60,770 bases of DNA, taken from NCBI GenBank assembly GCA_964373175.1, contig CAYJTP010000003.1, forward strand, positions 12,177 through 72,946, in the 5' to 3' direction. Below the pieces are notes generated by a model, which saw nothing but the letters and a program-made list of their open reading frames with translations, was not told the DNA's origin and did no database searches. Position 1 is the first letter of the stretch; each line of letters starts with the position of its first letter. The DNA comes from an uncultured Planctomycetales bacterium (GTDB lineage Bacteria > Omnitrophota > Gorgyraeia > Aquiviventales > Aquiviventaceae). This document shows, piece after piece, positions 8,178 to 16,297 of this stretch. Both the position numbers and the translations under genes were made by a program.

Positions 8178-8314
8178 TCCCCCCACCTGATGCGGGCTGC
8201 CGAAGGCAGCCCATGCAACGTGGAGTGATGGATGAGAGTGTTGAAATTCGGGTGGGACAACATCTGGTGTGTTGCATTGTCCCGCCTTCGGCGGGACAGC
8301 ATCAGGTGGTGGGA
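8178..8314 (+). repeat. IR-bracketed start-codon cassette, copy 2 (before transketolase N)
   Basis: Arms TCCCCCCACCTG 8178-8189 and CAGGTGGTGGGA 8303-8314. The upstream stop TGA is at 8175-8177. Confidence 0.85.
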
Positions 8315-9144
8315 TGACGAAACCTGATCTCACCGCGTTGCGGCGGCTGGCCGTTGAGTTACGGCAGGACATCTTGACGATGATTGCCAAGGCAGGCAGC
8401 GGCCATCCCGGCGGATCGCTCTCGATGGTGGAACTTCTCATCGGCCTGTACTGGTACGCGCTGCGGCATGATCCCAAGCATCCGTCGTGGCCGGGGCGGG
8501 ATCTCTTCTTGCTGTCGAAAGGTCATGGATGTCCGGCGCTCTATGCGGTCTTGGCGCATCGAGGCTATTTTCCGAAAGAGGAGCTCATGACGCTCCGACG
8601 CTATCCGACCCGATTGCAGGGGCACCCGGAAAAAGATTCGCCGCCAGGGGTGGAGATCGCCTCGGGGTCGCTTGGTCAAGGGCTCTCAATGGCCAACGGG
8701 ATTGCGCTCGCCGATCGCTTGGACGGCCGCACGCGGCGGATCTACTGTCTGCTGGGCGATGGGGAAATTCAGGAAGGCCAAGTGTGGGAAGCGGCGATGA
8801 CCGCCCACCATCACAAGCTGGAGAGCGTGTGCGCGATCATCGATGCGAATCAGTTGCAGCAAAACGGTCCGGTGAAAGAGATTCAAGATATCGAGCCGCT
8901 CGCCGATAAGTGGCGGGCGTTTGGGTGGCATGCGATTGAGATCGACGGCCATGACCTCGTCCGCGTGATCGACGCCTACGATGAGGCGAAGACCATCCGT
9001 GGCAAGCCTCAGGTGATTATCGCGCGAACGGTGAAGGGCAAAGGGGTTTCGTTTATGGAACTCAATCCCGCCTGGCATGGGGTGGCTCCCAAACCCGATG
9101 AATTGGACAAGGCGTTGAATGAGCTGCGGATGGTGAAGGTCTAA
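8314..9144 (+). CDS. transketolase, N-terminal (TPP-binding) subunit
   Basis: GSGHPGGSLS and GDGEIQEGQVWEA motifs. Start taken at the ATG in the right arm of IR cassette 2 (MTKPDLTALRRLA). Confidence 0.9.
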   Translation: MTKPDLTALRRLAVELRQDILTMIAKAGSGHPGGSLSMVELLIGLYWYALRHDPKHPSWPGRDLFLLSKGHGCPALYAVLAHRGYFPKEELMTLRRYPTRLQGHPEKDSPPGVEIASGSLGQGLSMANGIALADRLDGRTRRIYCLLGDGEIQEGQVWEAAMTAHHHKLESVCAIIDANQLQQNGPVKEIQDIEPLADKWRAFGWHAIEIDGHDLVRVIDAYDEAKTIRGKPQVIIARTVKGKGVSFMELNPAWHGVAPKPDELDKALNELRMVKV

Positions 9145-10103
9145 TGGCGGACAAACCGACCCGTGACGGATTTGGCGAAGGGTTGTTGGAATTGGGCAAG
9201 ACCCATCCCAATGTCGTTGCCCTGTCGGGCGATCTTGAGGACTCTGCGCGAGCGATCTGGTTCAAGAAGGCCTACCCGCATCGTTTCTTTTCCGTTGGGA
9301 TCGCGGAGCAGGATATGGTGGGCACGGCTGCGGGCCTGGCGATGATGGGCAAAATCCCCTTTGCCTGCTCATTTTCACAGTTTGTGACCGGCAAAGCCCT
9401 TGAGCAAATGCGCTTGGCCGTCTGCTACCAACAGCTCAACGTCAAGATTGTTGGCTCGCATGGGGGGTTGTCTGTCGGCGCCGATGGGGCAACCGCCGAG
9501 GCGCTGGAAGAATTTGCACACCTGCGAAGTCTTCCACATATGACCGTCCTGGCCCCCTGCGATGCCATCGAGGCGAAGAAAGCCACCTTGGCCTCCGCCG
9601 CGCATCCGGGGCCTGTGTACCTGCGCTTGGGACGCAGCCCCGTTCCGATCATCACAAAACCCGAGGAGCCTTTCACCATCGGCCAGGCGACTGTTCTGCG
9701 CGAGGGCAACGATGTGAGCCTCGTGGCCTGCGGGATCATGGTGTCGCATGCACTCCAAGCTGCAGACCTGTTGGCGAAAGAGGGGATTGACGCCCGCGTG
9801 ATGAATGTCCATACTATCAAACCGCTCGATAAGGTGATGTTGATTCGCGCGGCGCGCGAAACCGGTGCTCTGGTGACGGCCGAGGAACACACGGTCTTAG
9901 GCGGACTGGGCAGCGCAGTGGCGGAGGTGATCGTCCAAGAGCAGCCGGTGCCCATGCGGTTTGTCGGGGTGCTGGATCGCTTTGGGACCTCGGGCGATCC
10001 GGCTGATCTCCTGAAGGCGTTTGGCCTCATGCCGGAGGACATCGCGCAGGCCGCGCGGGATGTCCTTCGCTTCAAGCAACACGCTCTAGGCTCGGGGCTG
10101 TAG
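9144..10103 (+). CDS. transketolase, C-terminal (pyrimidine-binding) subunit
   Basis: Typical split-transketolase C half (GIAEQDMVGTAAGLA...). TAATG overlap with the N subunit. Confidence 0.9.
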   Translation: MADKPTRDGFGEGLLELGKTHPNVVALSGDLEDSARAIWFKKAYPHRFFSVGIAEQDMVGTAAGLAMMGKIPFACSFSQFVTGKALEQMRLAVCYQQLNVKIVGSHGGLSVGADGATAEALEEFAHLRSLPHMTVLAPCDAIEAKKATLASAAHPGPVYLRLGRSPVPIITKPEEPFTIGQATVLREGNDVSLVACGIMVSHALQAADLLAKEGIDARVMNVHTIKPLDKVMLIRAARETGALVTAEEHTVLGGLGSAVAEVIVQEQPVPMRFVGVLDRFGTSGDPADLLKAFGLMPEDIAQAARDVLRFKQHALGSGL

Positions 10104-10172
10104 ATTCAGTCAACCCTTCCCCGGCGTGCACGGTTTCGCTACCAGCAATCCTGAGGGCTGATCGACTGGTCC

Positions 10173-10583
10173 ATGGTTTCTGCTAAAAAGTGGCATATCC
10201 AGCTCTATGCCACATTGTTATTTTTTGGTGGATTGTTGTATGGGTGCACAGCCGGTCTCAGTACTACGTATTGCACCATCAATGAACTAGCCTATGCGAT
10301 TTTTTCCGGAGTCGGCGGCGTGCTTGTTTGCACGACGATCGGATGTCTGCATGGATTGAGTCATTTTCGTACATGGGCGAGAAAGCTCACGATTGTCCTC
10401 AATCTCATATTTCTCCTCCATTTGATCTTGGGAAATTTCGTCTGTAAGGGGGAAGGAAGTCTCGCATCCGTCTTGATGACCCTTCTCTTCGGTTCGGTCC
10501 CCGTGTCGTTGGTGATCTGGTATTTTTCCCGCCCACCAGTGAAAGCCTTATTTGACGAAGTGAACGCACAAGTCAGTCAGTAA
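10173..10583 (+). CDS. hypothetical small integral membrane protein
   Basis: 136 aa with about 4 hydrophobic helices and no recognisable family. The local sequence is visibly more AT-rich than its neighbours. Confidence 0.45.
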   Translation: MVSAKKWHIQLYATLLFFGGLLYGCTAGLSTTYCTINELAYAIFSGVGGVLVCTTIGCLHGLSHFRTWARKLTIVLNLIFLLHLILGNFVCKGEGSLASVLMTLLFGSVPVSLVIWYFSRPPVKALFDEVNAQVSQ

Positions 10584-10672
10584 TCACGCGACTCTTTTCA
10601 GGGCGTTAGCCTAAAGCGAGTCGGTTTGGCCTAGAACCTAGAACCTTCAACCCAGAGCACGTGGGTGATCTC

Positions 10673-11686
10673 ATGCTGCGCCTCCTAGCTCCTGCCAAGC
10701 TGAATCTTTCCCTGCACGTCGTCGGGAAACGGCCTGACGGCTACCACGAGCTCGAAACGCTCTTTGAACGCCTCGATCTGGCTGACGAACTGACGTTGGC
10801 GCCCCAGCCTCAGGGGATGACGGTCACCTGCGACGATCCGAACCTTGACTGTGGACCTGAGAACCTCGTCACCCAAGCCGCCGCGTTGGTCCAAGAGACG
10901 TGTGGCGTTCAGCAAGGCGTTGCGATCCATCTCATCAAGCGGATTCCTATCGCAAGCGGCTTAGGGGGCGGCTCCTCAGATGCCGCGACGACGCTCATCG
11001 GTCTACGCCAGCTCTGGAACGTGCGACTCTCCCGAACGCAGCTCCTCGAATTGGCGGGTCGCCTTGGCAGCGACGTGCCCTTTTTCCTCGAGGAGGCGGC
11101 GTTTGCCATTGGCCGGGGACGCGGGGATCAGTGCGAGCCGCTGGATGGCGATCTGCCGACCCTGTGGCACGCGCTGGTGGTGCCCCCCGTGCGCCTGTCG
11201 ACGAAAGACGTGTACGCTGGGTTCGACGGACGCCGCCAAGAATCCCGCTTGACCCCGCCCCAATTTGCTAAGCCGAAACGGAAACTGTTACTCAAGATGT
11301 TTTGCCGAGACGATGCGGTTTACCGTGCTGGAGCCGAGTCGGAAAAATTGGGGCGGGGCTTGACAGAACCACCCCCCTCCATTACGATGTGCCTACACGC
11401 CTTGTGCAACGGCTCGCTCGGCGAGCTCGCCAAGGGATGTTCGAATGACCTCGAACCTGAGGCGATCCGGCGTTGTCCTGTCATTACGGAGATTCAGACC
11501 TGCCTGCAGCAAAGCGGGAGTCTTGTCGCACGCATCTCCGGGAGCGGACCCGCCGTCTTTGGACTCTGTCGTTCGCGTGACCATGCCAACACCGTGGCCC
11601 AGCAGCTTCGGCAGGCTGGCTCCCCATCGTGGTCGGTTCATGTGGTCAAGACGCAGCATGGGCGTCTAGCCGATGGAGATCACTGA
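10673..11686 (+). CDS. ispE: 4-diphosphocytidyl-2-C-methyl-D-erythritol kinase
   Basis: MLRLLAPAKLNLSLHV and the GHMP motif PIASGLGGGSSDAA. Carries a 37-codon in-frame palindromic insert (11253-11358). Confidence 0.9.
   Translation: MLRLLAPAKLNLSLHVVGKRPDGYHELETLFERLDLADELTLAPQPQGMTVTCDDPNLDCGPENLVTQAAALVQETCGVQQGVAIHLIKRIPIASGLGGGSSDAATTLIGLRQLWNVRLSRTQLLELAGRLGSDVPFFLEEAAFAIGRGRGDQCEPLDGDLPTLWHALVVPPVRLSTKDVYAGFDGRRQESRLTPPQFAKPKRKLLLKMFCRDDAVYRAGAESEKLGRGLTEPPPSITMCLHALCNGSLGELAKGCSNDLEPEAIRRCPVITEIQTCLQQSGSLVARISGSGPAVFGLCRSRDHANTVAQQLRQAGSPSWSVHVVKTQHGRLADGDH
11253..11358. repeat. palindromic element inserted in frame in ispE
   Basis: Perfect 14-bp arms CCCCGCCCCAATTT / AAATTGGGGCGGGG. 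5-bp direct repeat CTTGA at 11248-11252 and 11359-11363. Confidence 0.85.
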
Positions 11687-12110
11687 GGTTCGCGTGGCCT
11701 TGCGCGACCATCCGCAAACGCGCTTGAAGGCGTACGCCACCTTGACGTTCGACAACTGCTTTGTCGTGCGCAACGTGAAGATCATCGAAGGCAAACACGG
11801 GCTCTTTGTAGCGATGCCCTCGCGAAAACCCAAAACGAGTTGCCCCAACTGCCAGGCCAAAAATGACCTGGGCCACCGCTTTTGCAGCCAGTGCGGCGCG
11901 GCCTTGCCACGGCACACCCCCCCGCTCGCTGGGACGGGGGAGCTCGAGACGTCCGACGCGCTCTCCCATCGTGACATCGCGCATCCGATTACGATGGAGT
12001 TCCGGCAATACCTCCAGAAGAAGGTCCTGGAGGCCTACGAAGCGGAGCAATCACGGGGCGGCATCTCTCCCTCTCCGAGTGGCGCAGAAGGGGAGTATGA
12101 GGCGCTCTGA
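11673..12110 (+). CDS. spoVG: SpoVG family protein with zinc-ribbon insertion
   Basis: MEITEVRV..LKAYATLTFDNCFVVRNVKIIEG..GLFVAMPSRK ... HRDIAHPIT. CPNC..CSQC is inserted between the two conserved blocks. Confidence 0.9.
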   Translation: MEITEVRVALRDHPQTRLKAYATLTFDNCFVVRNVKIIEGKHGLFVAMPSRKPKTSCPNCQAKNDLGHRFCSQCGAALPRHTPPLAGTGELETSDALSHRDIAHPITMEFRQYLQKKVLEAYEAEQSRGGISPSPSGAEGEYEAL

Positions 12111-12885
12111 CCGCGTTGAGGCGATTCGCTTACGCCAACATGGCGCAACCTATCAGGACATCCTCAAACATGTTGGGGTTGCAAAATCAACCCTCTGGCG
12201 GTGGTTCAAGGCAGAAGGGTTCGTTGAGACACGCCCTCAGCGTTTGACGGAGTTAAAACGGCAGGCGCAGCGAAGGGGCGCGATCGTCGTTCGAGAGAGA
12301 AGGGTTCAACGAACCCAGGCCATCATTGAGCAAGCGAAGCGAGAGGTTGGTACGTTGACCGAGCGCGATCTCTTCATGCTCGGCATCGCCTTCTATTGGG
12401 CAGAGGGTTCGAAGCAAAAGCCGCACAATGTCTCCGCGAGTGTGATTTTTTCCAACTCAGATCCAAGAGCGATCAAGATCTTTCTCACATGGCTTCAAGC
12501 GAGTTGTCTGATCAGTCTCAATGACGTGACGTTTGAGATCTACCTTCATGAGACGGCAGACGCGAGGAAGGCCCAATCATTCTGGGCCGAGCAGTTGAAC
12601 CTCTCCCTTCGAACGTTTCAGACCATTCGCTGGAAACGCCACGCCATTCGGTCTCGACGGAAGAACATCGGTGATGCGTATCACGGCTTGGTCCGGGTGC
12701 GTGTCCATCGCAGCGCGAACCTCAACCGGAGAATTGCGGGATGGATCGAGGGTATCTGCCAACGTGTTGGGGAGTCGGCTAACGGTAAGCCATCAGGCTT
12801 TGGACCTGAGTATCCTGGTTCGATTCCAGGCTCCCCAGCCAACTCGGCGCTGGGGCCAACGCAACTGAAGGATTGTCACTCATGA
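12097..12885 (+). CDS. HTH + single-motif LAGLIDADG-like homing-endonuclease-like protein
   Basis: N-terminal resolvase-type HTH (GATYQDILKHVGVAKSTLWRWFK). LGIAFYWAEGSK...VIFSNSDPRAIKIFLTWL resembles the LAGLIDADG core. The ORF has no stop until after it has crossed tRNA-Gln. GC looks lower than in neighbouring genes. Confidence 0.5.
   Translation: MRRSDRVEAIRLRQHGATYQDILKHVGVAKSTLWRWFKAEGFVETRPQRLTELKRQAQRRGAIVVRERRVQRTQAIIEQAKREVGTLTERDLFMLGIAFYWAEGSKQKPHNVSASVIFSNSDPRAIKIFLTWLQASCLISLNDVTFEIYLHETADARKAQSFWAEQLNLSLRTFQTIRWKRHAIRSRRKNIGDAYHGLVRVRVHRSANLNRRIAGWIEGICQRVGESANGKPSGFGPEYPGSIPGSPANSALGPTQLKDCHS
12768..12841 (+). tRNA. tRNA-Gln (anticodon TTG), CCA encoded
   Basis: Hand-folded cloverleaf. 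Acceptor stem TGGGGAG/CTCCCCA (U1-A72, G73). D stem GGCT/AGCC. Anticodon stem TCAGG/CCTGA with loop CTTTGGA. T stem CCTGG/CCAGG with loop TTCGATT. Confidence 0.9.
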
Positions 12886-14375
12886 GACCCATTCAAATCA
12901 TGATTCTTGCCGCGGGCCAAGGGACCCGCATGAAGTCGAGCCTCCCGAAAGTGTTGCATCCGATCTGCGGGCGGCCGATGATCGCGTATGCGCTTGACCT
13001 GGCGGCCGCTTCAGGGGTCAAGCAGCCGATTGTCATCGTGGGAGAAGACGCCGAGCAGATCAAACCGCAGCTCCCCAAAGAGGTCAAGGTGGTCATCCAA
13101 AAGGCTCCCCTGGGGACCGGGGATGCGGTGTTAGCCGCCAAGCGGACCTTGGGCAATCTGTCGGGGGACGTGTTGATTCTGTATGCGGATACCCCGCTTT
13201 TGCGTCGCACGACCATCCAACGGTTGATCGAATCCCATTTCAAGTCCAACGCCACGTGCACCTTCCTCACGGCACACCTCGCCGATCCTGCCGGCTATGG
13301 GCGCATTGTCCGCGAGGCGACCGGCGCCATCACGGGCGTCGTTGAGGAAGCGGAAGCCAACGCCCAGCAGCGCGCCATCCGCGAAATCAATGTCGGGCCC
13401 ATCTGCGCCAAGGCCCAGCCCTTGTTTGAAGCGCTGGCGAGTGTTGCGCCAAGCCAGACGAAGAAAGAGTGGTACCTGACCAAGGCCATCAGCATCTTGG
13501 CGACGCGGGAGGGCACGAAATTTCAAACCGTGCGGGTGGAAAAAGCGGCTGAGGCGATGGGGGTCAATTCGCGCGTGGACTTGGCGGAAGCCACGCGGGT
13601 CATCCGGCAGCGGATCCTCGACAGCCACCTGAGTAACGGCGTCACGATTGTCGATCCCCAGACGACCTTTATCGAGCACGGGGTGACGATTGGGCATGAT
13701 ACGACCATCTATCCCGGCACGGTCATTGAGTCGGACGTCGTGATTGGCAAACGGTGCGCGATCGGGCCGTTTGCCCGGCTGCGTCGCGGGGTGGTCGTGG
13801 AGGATGACGTGCGCGTTGGCAACTTCGTGGAACTCGTGCGCACAAAACTCGGCACGGGGGTTCGGATCAACCACGTGAGTTACCTTGGCGATACGACGGT
13901 GGAAGACGACGTCAACATCGGCGCGGGAACCATCACGGCCAATTTTGATGGGACCAGCAAGCTGCCCACGACGATTGGGAAGGGCGCGTTTATTGGCTGC
14001 GACACCATCCTCATTGCGCCCGTCAAGGTGGGAGCCGGCGCGGTGACTGGCGCTGGCAGCGTGATTCCGAAAGGCCGTGATGTGCCGCCGCGCGGGGTGG
14101 TGGTCGGGGTCCCCGCGCACCTCTTGGACCATAAAGCCTCCGATGCGCACGAGGCGTCAGCCGCCAAGACCAAGCCGCAGCCGGCAGCGAAGACCGGCGT
14201 CAAGAAACCGACGGGTGCAAGACGAGCCGCTCCAAAGAAACCCTCCACAAAGAAACGACCAGCCAAGCCAGTTCGCCGCCGTCCCGCGCCAGCGAAGAAG
14301 CGAAAGGGTGCCAAGCCGCCCCGGCGCAAGGGCGCCGTGGCGACGCGACTGACCGCCAAGTCGAGGCGGCGATAA
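12882..14375 (+). CDS. glmU: bifunctional UDP-GlcNAc pyrophosphorylase / GlcN-1-P acetyltransferase
   Basis: LAAGQGTRMKS, followed by a left-handed beta-helix hexapeptide region. Carries an extra 80-aa Lys/Pro/Ala/Arg-rich tail. Confidence 0.93.
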   Translation: MRPIQIMILAAGQGTRMKSSLPKVLHPICGRPMIAYALDLAAASGVKQPIVIVGEDAEQIKPQLPKEVKVVIQKAPLGTGDAVLAAKRTLGNLSGDVLILYADTPLLRRTTIQRLIESHFKSNATCTFLTAHLADPAGYGRIVREATGAITGVVEEAEANAQQRAIREINVGPICAKAQPLFEALASVAPSQTKKEWYLTKAISILATREGTKFQTVRVEKAAEAMGVNSRVDLAEATRVIRQRILDSHLSNGVTIVDPQTTFIEHGVTIGHDTTIYPGTVIESDVVIGKRCAIGPFARLRRGVVVEDDVRVGNFVELVRTKLGTGVRINHVSYLGDTTVEDDVNIGAGTITANFDGTSKLPTTIGKGAFIGCDTILIAPVKVGAGAVTGAGSVIPKGRDVPPRGVVVGVPAHLLDHKASDAHEASAAKTKPQPAAKTGVKKPTGARRAAPKKPSTKKRPAKPVRRRPAPAKKRKGAKPPRRKGAVATRLTAKSRRR

Positions 14376-14380
14376 CGACG

Positions 14381-15340
14381 ATGCCAACGCGCAACAGCGA
14401 CTTAGCGATTTTCAGCGGGAACGCCAACCCGACGCTCGCCAGAGCGGTGTGCCGGCGTCTGAAGACCAAGCTCTCCAACTGCCTCGTCGGTCGATTCAGT
14501 GACGGGGAAATCCGGGTCAAGATCAACGAGAACATTCGTGGCAAGGATGTGTTTGTCATCCAGCCAACCTGCCCACCGTCCAACGACAATCTGATGGAAC
14601 TGCTCATCATCATCGATGCGAGCCGTCGGGCGTCGGCGCGGCGCATCACGGCGGTCATCCCGTATTACGGCTACGCGAGGCAGGACCGCAAGGACCAGCC
14701 TCGAGTGCCCGTGACTGCAAAGCTCGTCGCGAATCTCATTACCACGGCCGGGGCGGACCGGGTCCTCACGATGGACCTCCACGCCGGGCAGATCCAAGGG
14801 TTCTTCGATATTCCCCTGGATCATCTCTATGCGGTGACGGTGTTTGAGCAGTACATCAGACGCAAGCGGCTCGCCCCGCTCGTCGTGGTCTCTCCCGACG
14901 TCGGTGGGATCAAGATGGCCCGGGCGTATGCCAAGCGGCTGGAGGCGGGGCTGGCGATTGTGGACAAGCGCCGCAAAACCCCGGAGTCCATCGAGGCCAT
15001 GCACATCCTCGGGGAGGTCCAAGGGAAGTGTTGTCTGCTGGTTGATGACCTGATCGCCACGGGCAGCTCCATCCTCGAGGCGGCGAGAGCCTTGAAGCGC
15101 GCTGGAGCGAAAACCATCTATGGAGCCGTGACCCACGCGGTGCTCTCAGGTCCGGCGGTGTCGAACATCGCCAGTTCCCCGTTACAAGAGTTCATCGTGA
15201 CCGATACCATCCCACTGCCCGAGGACAAACGTCATCGCAAGCTCAAGGTCCTGTCAGTCGCCCCGCTCTTGGGCGAGGCGATTCGGCGGATTCACGATGA
15301 GCGGTCCATCAGCTCGCTCTTCGATGGAGTATCCGGATGA
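14381..15340 (+). CDS. prs: ribose-phosphate pyrophosphokinase
   Basis: DLHAGQIQGFFDIP and VDDLIATGSS motifs, 319 aa. Confidence 0.95.
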   Translation: MPTRNSDLAIFSGNANPTLARAVCRRLKTKLSNCLVGRFSDGEIRVKINENIRGKDVFVIQPTCPPSNDNLMELLIIIDASRRASARRITAVIPYYGYARQDRKDQPRVPVTAKLVANLITTAGADRVLTMDLHAGQIQGFFDIPLDHLYAVTVFEQYIRRKRLAPLVVVSPDVGGIKMARAYAKRLEAGLAIVDKRRKTPESIEAMHILGEVQGKCCLLVDDLIATGSSILEAARALKRAGAKTIYGAVTHAVLSGPAVSNIASSPLQEFIVTDTIPLPEDKRHRKLKVLSVAPLLGEAIRRIHDERSISSLFDGVSG

Positions 15341-16128
15341 GCCCCAAGAAACCCAGCGGTGAACAACTGGCTGAACTCGTGGCGAAACGACGCACGACAG
15401 CGGGGACACGGGCCGTTGGCCGGTTGCGTCGGGAAGGCTTGATCCCCGGCGTGGTGTATGGCAAAACGACCTCCCCGACGCCCGTGGTGATCAGCCATCG
15501 GGATCTCGTGAAATTCCTCCACGCCAGGGCTGGTGAGCATGGGTTGGTCAAACTATCCGTCGAGGCGGACCCCGCCCTTTTGGGACGATCCGCAGAGGTG
15601 TCTCGCAGCCAAAAGGGCGGGGCGTGGCAGAAACCAGTCCTGATCAAGCATCTGCAGCGCGATCCGGTCACTGGGGAGATCACCCATGTGGACTTCCACG
15701 CGATTACGCTGACCGAGCAGATTCGCATCAAGATCCCCATCGTCTTGAAGGGTGAGCCGGTGGGGGTCAAGCAAGAGGGCGGGGTGCTCGAGCATTTCTT
15801 GCGCGACATCGAAGTCGAGTGTCTGCCCACCGCCATTCCCAAACAGGTGGAGTATGACGTCAGTGCGCTGAAGATCGGGGAGACGATCCATGTCCGGGAT
15901 CTGGCCCCGCCCGAGGGGGCACGGATGACGACAGACCCCGAAGGGGTGATTGCCTCAGTGCTGGCGCCGAAGGAAGAAAAGGTGGAAGCGGTCGCCGAAG
16001 CCGTGACGGAGCCGGAGGTGATTCGCGAGAAGAAACCGGAAGCGGAAGGTGAGGCGGCCGAAGAGAAGCCTGAGAAAGCTGAGAAACCTGAGAAACCCGA
16101 GAAGGCCGAGAAGAAAGACGACAAGTAA
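15337..16128 (+). CDS. rplY: 50S ribosomal protein L25/Ctc (general stress form)
   Basis: RRTTAGTRAVGRLRREGLIPGVVYG...HVDFH. ATGA overlap with prs. Contains an in-frame palindromic insert and an EKP/EKA repeat tail. Confidence 0.9.
   Translation: MSPKKPSGEQLAELVAKRRTTAGTRAVGRLRREGLIPGVVYGKTTSPTPVVISHRDLVKFLHARAGEHGLVKLSVEADPALLGRSAEVSRSQKGGAWQKPVLIKHLQRDPVTGEITHVDFHAITLTEQIRIKIPIVLKGEPVGVKQEGGVLEHFLRDIEVECLPTAIPKQVEYDVSALKIGETIHVRDLAPPEGARMTTDPEGVIASVLAPKEEKVEAVAEAVTEPEVIREKKPEAEGEAAEEKPEKAEKPEKPEKAEKKDDK
15570..15622. repeat. palindromic element inside rplY coding sequence
   Basis: Perfect 14-bp arms CCCCGCCCTTTTGG / CCAAAAGGGCGGGG. Confidence 0.8.
16063..16116. repeat. 6 x 9-bp imperfect tandem repeat (GAGAARSCN)
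   Basis: Encodes the EKPEKAEKPEKPEKAEK tail of L25. Confidence 0.8.
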
Positions 16129-16141
16129 CGGGGATGGATGA

Positions 16142-16297
16142 TCCCACCACCTGTCGCCGGTGGCACTTCATGGAGAGGGCTCAATGGTCGATTGCGTTTG
16201 TGCGCCACATGAACCACGTCACGCCACCGTGGCCGGTGAGCAGTTTTCAGGGGGCGGCCAGGGCTCGCGGAACGCGAGCCTGCGCCAGGTGGTGGGA
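16142..16297 (+). repeat. IR-bracketed start-codon cassette, copy 3 (before pth)
   Basis: Arms at 16142-16153 and 16286-16297. ATG at 16297. Confidence 0.85.

Noticed and set aside
8314-10103. The split transketolase as a frameshift or pseudogene
   Set aside because: The clean TAATG junction and the two-subunit layout are a well-known natural arrangement.
11863-12096. Upstream extension of the HTH-LAGLIDADG-like ORF
   Set aside because: It overlaps spoVG in another frame with Arg/Ser-rich filler. ATG 12097 follows a GGGGAG SD-like sequence and precedes the HTH.
12768-12841. A group I intron or an integrated island at tRNA-Gln, suggested by the adjacent LAGLIDADG-like ORF
   Set aside because: The tRNA folds as an uninterrupted 74-nt cloverleaf. 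No integrase gene and no duplicated tRNA 3' segment (att) were seen in the window.
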